From Candidatus Daviesbacteria bacterium GW2011_GWA1_41_61 (GTDB taxonomy: Bacteria > Patescibacteriota > Microgenomatia > Daviesbacterales > UBA10151): a stretch of 64,000 bases of DNA. Position numbers and translations under genes: made by a program. The stretch spans positions 192,892-256,891 of the forward strand of contig LCBT01000003.1 in assembly GCA_000997385.1 (NCBI GenBank), read 5' to 3'. Below the pieces are notes generated by a model that was given only the letters and a program-made list of their open reading frames with translations, was not told the DNA's origin and ran no database searches. Shown piece after piece: positions 58,131 to 64,000 of this stretch. How positions within the stretch are numbered: position 1 is the stretch's first letter; every line of letters starts with the position of its first letter.

Positions 58131-59061
58131 AGGTTTTATCCCTTTTTGGCTGTGGCGTGTTTTTTTGTTTCTCCGGGTGTTTTTGGGCTATCTGTTCATT
58201 AACTTTAATGGTTTGCTTTAGCAAATCAGCTGAGAGACCGTTGTCTTCAACCCAACTTAAAAATGCCCGGGTATCTTTGGGAAGACAATTACCGCTAAAA
58301 GGGCCTTGGTCTTTTAATCCATAAAATGGGTTCCAATTTCCTTCCGCACTTTCTGCTACCAGGGGAAAGATTAGCTCTGGATCTAACCCGGCGTTTTGAG
58401 TAATCTGTCTCATTTCATTAAAGAAAGTAATTTTGACAGCATTAAAAAGGTTGTGGATATATTTTTGAATTTCTGCTTCTTGAAGTGAAACTCTATACTT
58501 GGGGCAATCAAAATCCTCGTAAATCTCCTCCAGTAAATTACCCGATCTGTGGTCATATTCTCCGATCACGATTACCCAAGATTTGAGGAAATCTTCATCA
58601 GCAAATCTCTCCCGTAGGTATTCTGGGTTCATACAGATTCCAAAATTTTTCCCCACACTTTTACCGGAGTATTTTTCGATAAGTTTAACAACCAGATTTT
58701 CAGTGGTTCCGGGTAAAACTGTGCTTTTGACTACCACCAAGTGGTATTTATTTAAAGCATATAACCTTTTGCCTAAATATTTAGAGGCTTCCTCCATCAT
58801 GTTTAAGTTAATCCGTTCATTTTCAGTGGGGGTGGGGACAGATAAAAAGGAGACATCGAAATCAAAAGTACCGTTTTTGAGCTCATCAGGGTGGTAAGCT
58901 TTAAAACCCTCCTCTCTTAATTTTTGGACCTTCAAGGGATTAATATCTAAAAAAGTCACGTTAAACCCTAAAGAAGAAAAACCTTTGCCGGTGGCTTGCC
59001 CCACAAATCCAGAACCAATGATGCAAATTTTTGGTTTTAATTTCTTCACCATTCTGTTCAT
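58093..59061 (-). CDS. UDP-glucose/GDP-mannose 6-dehydrogenase family protein (short form)
   Basis: GSGFVG, VPTP, KSTVLPGTT, NPEYLRE, GNCLPKD; C-terminal domain absent. Confidence 0.9.
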   Translation of the reverse strand: MNRMVKKLKPKICIIGSGFVGQATGKGFSSLGFNVTFLDINPLKVQKLREEGFKAYHPDELKNGTFDFDVSFLSVPTPTENERINLNMMEEASKYLGKRLYALNKYHLVVVKSTVLPGTTENLVVKLIEKYSGKSVGKNFGICMNPEYLRERFADEDFLKSWVIVIGEYDHRSGNLLEEIYEDFDCPKYRVSLQEAEIQKYIHNLFNAVKITFFNEMRQITQNAGLDPELIFPLVAESAEGNWNPFYGLKDQGPFSGNCLPKDTRAFLSWVEDNGLSADLLKQTIKVNEQIAQKHPEKQKNTPQPKRDKTYGRYLADRSIQH

Positions 59062-59190
59062 AGAAGTTTCTTAAGTCTTGCTCTCCTTAAGAAGCAATTT
59101 GGACTTTTATTGAAACTGTGAGCATCTTAATTTACCAGGGTAAGAAGTAAAATTATTCACGGTAATAGCTTTGTAAGAGTTTAATCTCCG

Positions 59191-60510
59191 CTATTTCTTA
59201 ATGATCGTAGTTAGACGAATTTGATAATCGCCATCTTCTAATAGATATGTAAGAAAGGTTTGCTGGGTAGTTTGATTATTTACTACGCTGGGGTACATGG
59301 CATTATCAGCTATTTTATTTTGAAAGATCTTCTCATTTAAGCGGTTTAATACCCTGATCAAAATTTGACCCTCAGAGGGATTTTCATTGGGAAAATCAGC
59401 CCTTTTGTTGCTTTCCATCCAAGTGATATAAACATTGTCTGACAAGTCACTCCCTACACTGGGAAAGAATTGATATGAACCAGAAGGAGAAACGAGCTTT
59501 GGCTTAGACCATTTATCCCCTTGGGAAAGGGAAATAAAAATTTGGCTTTTTCCTTTGTCTTGGTCAGGTGAACGCCAGACAGCAATGATCTGATTTTGAT
59601 TGGTAACTGCTGCACTGACATGCCGGGAGTCAAAGTTATTTTGGGAAATGTTCTCCCATTGACTCCACTTTATTCCGTCATCAGAAAAGGAATGCCAAAT
59701 TTGCTGATAAGGCTGATTAAAAGCAGAGTACATGAAAACATGCAGCCTTCCCTTATGATCTTCCAGGATGGTAGGCCGCGATTGTGAGTCATTGGAAGAT
59801 GGCTGGATGTTGATCCATTTTGACCAAGTATTACCCCCATCTTCTGAGCTGGAGAGTTTAATTTGCTGATTTTGATGTTCCATATCTTTTCCTTCCCAAA
59901 CAACATATATCTTGCCGTTTTTAGTGACTGCTATATCCGGATGTTCCTGCCATAAAGACTGATCTTTGAATCCTTCGACATAAGAAATATTAATTGCTTT
60001 ACTCCAAATTTGGCCACCATTTTGGGAACGGCTGTATTTAATTTGCCGGTCCCCTTCCCTTTCTTTGGAGTCAGCCCCATACCAGACAAGGTGAATATTA
60101 TTATCCGTATCAACAACTAAAGAAGGAACCCGTTGATTAGTCTTATTAGTTATTGATGAAATTGGTTGATCAGTATGAGTAACCTGCCATGTTCCAGTCC
60201 TTTCTTTGATCACCTTTGCCACATAGACCTGATAAATTTGATTAAACTTTTTCCGGTATCCGATATACAGATTTCCTTGTAAATCTTGAGCCATCTTTTT
60301 TTGTCCGCTATAGCCTAAAGCCCTTTCATCTTCAGTAGTATCTATGACGATAGTGGAAGAAACAACTACAGGTGGGTGCAACTTTTTTTCTTTTTGTCCC
60401 GCCGGCCATCCTTCATATAGAAAATAACTACTTATTATTAAGGCCAGCACAATTAATCCGTATTTGAATTTTGATGATTTCCATAAATTACTTAGGACGG
60501 GTGGAACCAT
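59191..60510 (-). CDS. membrane-anchored BNR/Asp-box beta-propeller (sialidase-like)
   Basis: SQNGGQIWS, SEDGGNTWS, SDDGIKWS Asp-boxes. Confidence 0.8.
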   Translation of the reverse strand: MVPPVLSNLWKSSKFKYGLIVLALIISSYFLYEGWPAGQKEKKLHPPVVVSSTIVIDTTEDERALGYSGQKKMAQDLQGNLYIGYRKKFNQIYQVYVAKVIKERTGTWQVTHTDQPISSITNKTNQRVPSLVVDTDNNIHLVWYGADSKEREGDRQIKYSRSQNGGQIWSKAINISYVEGFKDQSLWQEHPDIAVTKNGKIYVVWEGKDMEHQNQQIKLSSSEDGGNTWSKWINIQPSSNDSQSRPTILEDHKGRLHVFMYSAFNQPYQQIWHSFSDDGIKWSQWENISQNNFDSRHVSAAVTNQNQIIAVWRSPDQDKGKSQIFISLSQGDKWSKPKLVSPSGSYQFFPSVGSDLSDNVYITWMESNKRADFPNENPSEGQILIRVLNRLNEKIFQNKIADNAMYPSVVNNQTTQQTFLTYLLEDGDYQIRLTTIIKK

Positions 60511-60682
60511 ATTGTGGTCTAATGATCTAATACAACTGTGTAAATTACTTAATTTTTAGGTAAATTTTAAGTAAGCCCTAAAAAACGATGGCTGTTAACA
60601 AAACCCTTACATTATTTTATTTGAGATCTTAACAGTTGGTCTTAAGATTGTTCCAGTTTCATAAATTATAAGGGGGTGAAAG

Positions 60683-60934
60683 ATGAATATAATTGCTTGG
60701 ATATTATTCGGATTAATAGTTGGAGTAATCGCTAATATGGTTGATCCAGCCCCTCAAAGAGGAGGGATAGCGGGAGCGATAGTTCTAGGAGTTGTTGGGG
60801 CATTGCTGGGAGGATTTTTAGGCAGTCTGCTTTTGGGTATTGGAGTGACAGGCTTTGACCTTTCATCAATGATTCTAGCCATATTAGGCGCCTTACTGGT
60901 GCTTTTTATCGGCCGTGCCTGGAGGAGAATCTAA
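60683..60934 (+). CDS. GlsB/YeaQ/YmgE (transglycosylase-associated) membrane protein
   Basis: IIAWILFGLIVG...LGVVGALLGG. Confidence 0.9.
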   Translation: MNIIAWILFGLIVGVIANMVDPAPQRGGIAGAIVLGVVGALLGGFLGSLLLGIGVTGFDLSSMILAILGALLVLFIGRAWRRI

Positions 60935-60958
60935 CCGCCCCTTTTGCCGGGGCGGTTG
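60933..60958 (+). terminator. terminator hairpin
   Basis: AACCGCCCC-TTTTGCC-GGGGCGGTT. Confidence 0.7.
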
Positions 60959-61068
60959 ATGTAATTACTTCCGTAATTAGGTGTAATTTCTACCGAAATT
61001 ATTACCTGTTCTTTATAGGATTATTACCCCCAAAAATTACCATTATTAATATTAAGCAACTCAAATAT

Positions 61069-61740
61069 ATGCTGTCAGATAACTCTTTAAAAAAATTGGA
61101 GACTTTCTTCAGTAGTTACAAACCGTTGCGTTTTAAAAGAAGGGAAATTGTTTTATATGCTGATGAACAAGTAACTAATATTTTCTATATCCGTAGCGGT
61201 TACGTCCGGGTTTACCGCATCTCTGAATTAGGTGAGGAGTTAACAATTACTATTTTAAAACCTTTAGACCTCTTCCCTATCTCTTGGGGGATAGACCATA
61301 CCCCTAACCCCTATTATTTGGAAGCAATTACTTCTTTAGAGGTTTACCGGGTATCTCAGGCACAATTTTTAAGATATATCAGGTCACAACCGGATACTTT
61401 TTATGAGTTGGCTAGTAAAATGTTGGCCAGGTTTGACAGGTTGTTAACCAGGATGGAGTATTTAGTTACCGGTAGAGCTTACACTAAAGTTGCTTCAATA
61501 ATTCTAGTTTGCGCTGCCAGCTTTGGGCAAAAACAAGGGGCCAATGTTGTTCTTAGTATCCCTTTAACACACCGCGATATTGCAGCTTTAGTAGGCATTA
61601 CCCGGGAGACAACCTGTTTGGAGATGAAAAAATTAGAGAAAAAGGGATTAATCAGTCACTTGGGAAGGCAGTTAATTGTTAAGGATCTTAAAAAATTAGA
61701 AGAGGAATCAGCCTTTTTAGGTGAGGGAACAGCCTTTTAA
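61069..61740 (+). CDS. Crp/Fnr family transcriptional regulator
   Basis: cNMP-binding fold (FYIRSGYVRV) plus HTH LTHRDIAALVGITRET. Confidence 0.92.
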   Translation: MLSDNSLKKLETFFSSYKPLRFKRREIVLYADEQVTNIFYIRSGYVRVYRISELGEELTITILKPLDLFPISWGIDHTPNPYYLEAITSLEVYRVSQAQFLRYIRSQPDTFYELASKMLARFDRLLTRMEYLVTGRAYTKVASIILVCAASFGQKQGANVVLSIPLTHRDIAALVGITRETTCLEMKKLEKKGLISHLGRQLIVKDLKKLEEESAFLGEGTAF

Positions 61741-62318
61741 AGTTGTCCTCTTAGGGGAGGCATATTATTTTCTAAAACTTCTATTCGTAAAGCTCCGTGG
61801 GACAAAAGAATTTCATACCAATTTTCCTCTTCATATTCAGGAATAATCATTACTACTCCCCCTGAGTTTACCAATTGAGTGAAGAAGTGGCAGTTTTCGG
61901 ATGAGATACCAATACATCTTAAGAAGTCAGAAAGCATGGCTTGGTCTTTTTTGACATGAGAATCACAAACCGCTTGGATATCAGAACAGCTTAACTCCTC
62001 AATACCATTATAAGGCAAATCTTGATTGGTACCAGAGGGAGCCGCCAGATAGGTTAATTTTAAAATTACGGCGATGGGACCGCTAATTATAAAACTTCCT
62101 AAAGCCGGAAGCAGCGGAGACATGGAAAGGATCTTTTCCAGTTCCAACCCAACCGCTTCCGGTTGTATAAAAGTCACAATCTCTCCCCGGTCACTTTTGC
62201 CAACCTCTTCTTTCTCCAGTTTTATAATAACTGAAACATCTTCTAGATTATACCCTTTGACCTCCAATTCATGGATCATTCTTTCTACCCCACGTTGATC
62301 AAATCCGGCTATTAACAT
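61737..62318 (-). CDS. hypothetical protein, general-stress-protein-like
   Basis: ELEVKGY..EDVSVI, GPIA, GGVVM pattern. Confidence 0.6.
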   Translation of the reverse strand: MLIAGFDQRGVERMIHELEVKGYNLEDVSVIIKLEKEEVGKSDRGEIVTFIQPEAVGLELEKILSMSPLLPALGSFIISGPIAVILKLTYLAAPSGTNQDLPYNGIEELSCSDIQAVCDSHVKKDQAMLSDFLRCIGISSENCHFFTQLVNSGGVVMIIPEYEEENWYEILLSHGALRIEVLENNMPPLRGQL

Positions 62319-62440
62319 AAGGTATATAAAGGATATACTTAAAGCTATTTTTATGCTGTAACTAAAGTTACATAATTTGCTAGGTTGACTAAAAAAGCAA
62401 TCTTCTTTATGATCAAAAGACTAGAAGGGAGGTGAAGTTT

Positions 62441-62695
62441 ATGGATACAAATCAAGATCCACAAGGTCAAACTCCGGTAGCAGACCCAACCCAGACTGCA
62501 GACCCTGGAGCAGTAGCAGATTCTACTACTCCTGTTGTGCCCGCAAATGATTCTGCTGTTAATACTCCAACTTCTGGAGATGAATCAGGAGAGGCTCTAC
62601 CTACAGCAGCTGTGGGAGGTGATACAGCTGGAGATACAGCTCCAAATGAGGAACAAGCTCCTGCTCAGATGCCGTCTGACGCGCCAGAAGCCTAA
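62441..62695 (+). CDS. acidic low-complexity protein
   Basis: GGAGGTGA SD, P/T/A/D-rich, downstream terminator. Confidence 0.65.
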   Translation: MDTNQDPQGQTPVADPTQTADPGAVADSTTPVVPANDSAVNTPTSGDESGEALPTAAVGGDTAGDTAPNEEQAPAQMPSDAPEA

Positions 62696-62722
62696 ATTTA
62701 AGGTTTCCTCTATAGAGCACAG

Positions 62723-62763
62723 AAGCTGCTCAGTTAACTATTTAAAAACTGGGCAGCTTTTTT
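62723..62763 (+). terminator. intrinsic terminator
   Basis: AAGCTGCTCAGTT/AACTGGGCAGCTT followed by a T run. Confidence 0.75.
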
Positions 62764-62836
62764 GTGACAAAGCACCACTTTACTTTCAAGATTAAAGTCG
62801 ATAATATAAAGTTAGAAAGGTGGTGAATGTTTAAAG

Positions 62837-63106
62837 TTGAAAAAATTATACGTTGGTAACCTTCCGTGGTCAGTTGATGATAACAAGTTAGCAGAGTTAT
62901 TCAGCAAATACTCTTCTGTAACTTCAGCGACTGTTTTAAAAGATCGGGAGACTAACCGCAGTCGTGGTTTTGGTTTTGTGGAGCTTTCTGATGACGAAGA
63001 GGCCAAAAAAGCTATTGAAGAGATAAGCGGTTTAGATATTGATGGTCGGAAATTAATTGTTAACGAAGCCAGACCCCGAGAAGATAAAAAACCAGGTCAG
63101 TTTTAA
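62837..63106 (+). CDS. RRM (RNP-1) RNA-binding protein
   Basis: KLYVGNL (RNP2), RGFGFVE (RNP1), VNEAR. Confidence 0.93.
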   Translation: MKKLYVGNLPWSVDDNKLAELFSKYSSVTSATVLKDRETNRSRGFGFVELSDDEEAKKAIEEISGLDIDGRKLIVNEARPREDKKPGQF

Positions 63107-63115
63107 CAGATTAGG

Positions 63116-64000
63116 TTAGAGAAGTTCAATATAAGTTTTTAAATCAATTAAGCCATTTATTCTGAGGCGTGGCATATTATAGATCGTGCCTTCAGATTGA
63201 AAGTGGTTGGGCCAGGTGCCTAAAGCGCCGACAAAACCTGCTTTTTGAACCTGGGAGACTATTAAGTTATTTAAACTTCCGCCCGGATAAGCAAAAAAGT
63301 TGATGGGAATCCCCAGACGGTTTTGAAGTTCTCTTTTACTCTGGGAAATTTCCTGCCAGGACTCATCACCGGAGATCGAGGTTAGGCTATAGTGATTTAC
63401 TGTATGGGCTCCGAAAGTAATGAGTCCCTGCCGGGACATCAGTTGTATTTGAGGCCACGTCAAATAGGCCCTTTTTTCCATTAAACCAGTGGGAATAAAG
63501 ACTGTGGCTTTAAAGTTAAACTCCTGTAAGATAGGATAAGCATTGGTATAAAAATCTTCATAGCCGTCATCAAAGGTGAGGATGATTGGTTTAGAAGGCA
63601 AAGTGGTCTGTTTTTTTAAAGCAGCATAAAGGGTATCCAAGGAGATGGTTTGATAACTCTGATCAGACAAGTATTTCATCTGTTGTTTAAAATTATCAGG
63701 GTTAGTAGCCAGGATATACCTGGCCTTATCAGCAGGATCAGGGTTATAGCCGATATAATGGTACATTAATATTGGCACTTTTAGCTGGTAGCCGGAATGG
63801 ATAGTGTAGGATTTTGTAGGTTTAGGGGTAATTTTTTGGGGTAAAGCACTTGGTTGAAGTGTAGTGGTGGTTAATTTAAAAGGATTATCAGCATCCTTTT
63901 TTAAGTTGCTGGCAGAAGGCAGCAAGATAAACTGAGCTAATAAAAAACCAGCCAGGATTAAAGAAGCTATTCCCCAGAGAGGAAATCTCCATTTTTTAAG
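63116..64000 (-). CDS. polysaccharide deacetylase (CE4), 5' truncated by window edge
   Basis: PILMYH, LTFDDG, HTVNH, FAYPGG; frame open to the window end and includes a TM. Confidence 0.92.
   Translation of the reverse strand, partial: LKKWRFPLWGIASLILAGFLLAQFILLPSASNLKKDADNPFKLTTTTLQPSALPQKITPKPTKSYTIHSGYQLKVPILMYHYIGYNPDPADKARYILATNPDNFKQQMKYLSDQSYQTISLDTLYAALKKQTTLPSKPIILTFDDGYEDFYTNAYPILQEFNFKATVFIPTGLMEKRAYLTWPQIQLMSRQGLITFGAHTVNHYSLTSISGDESWQEISQSKRELQNRLGIPINFFAYPGGSLNNLIVSQVQKAGFVGALGTWPNHFQSEGTIYNMPRLRINGLIDLKTYIELL

Overview
Low-GC bacterial chromosome segment read in the standard code. Gene content, short intergenic spacers, a short PheT and a C1-G72 tRNA-Tyr suggest a Patescibacteria/CPR (Microgenomates-like) genome; this is an inference. 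The left half is mostly housekeeping: atpA/G/D with a displaced atpC, a DEAD-box helicase, typA, a class A PBP, pheS/T, nrdR, thrS-infC-rpmI-rplT and murT/gatD. It also holds nine tRNAs, IS remnants and two small decayed tRNA-linked islets, one carrying a zincin + alginate-lyase fusion. The most interesting region is 46.9-60.5 kb, a co-oriented candidate extracellular-matrix locus. It contains a nucleotide-sugar 6-dehydrogenase, a single protein fusing a hyaluronan-synthase-like GT2, a LysM domain and an AlgG-like (DPHD) C5-epimerase beta-helix, and a second beta-helix protein. These are followed by three paralogous secreted Asn/Asp/Gly/Thr-rich repeat proteins (unanchored, membrane-anchored and LPISG-anchored) and a sortase. 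All calls come from reading motifs by eye; no searches were run.
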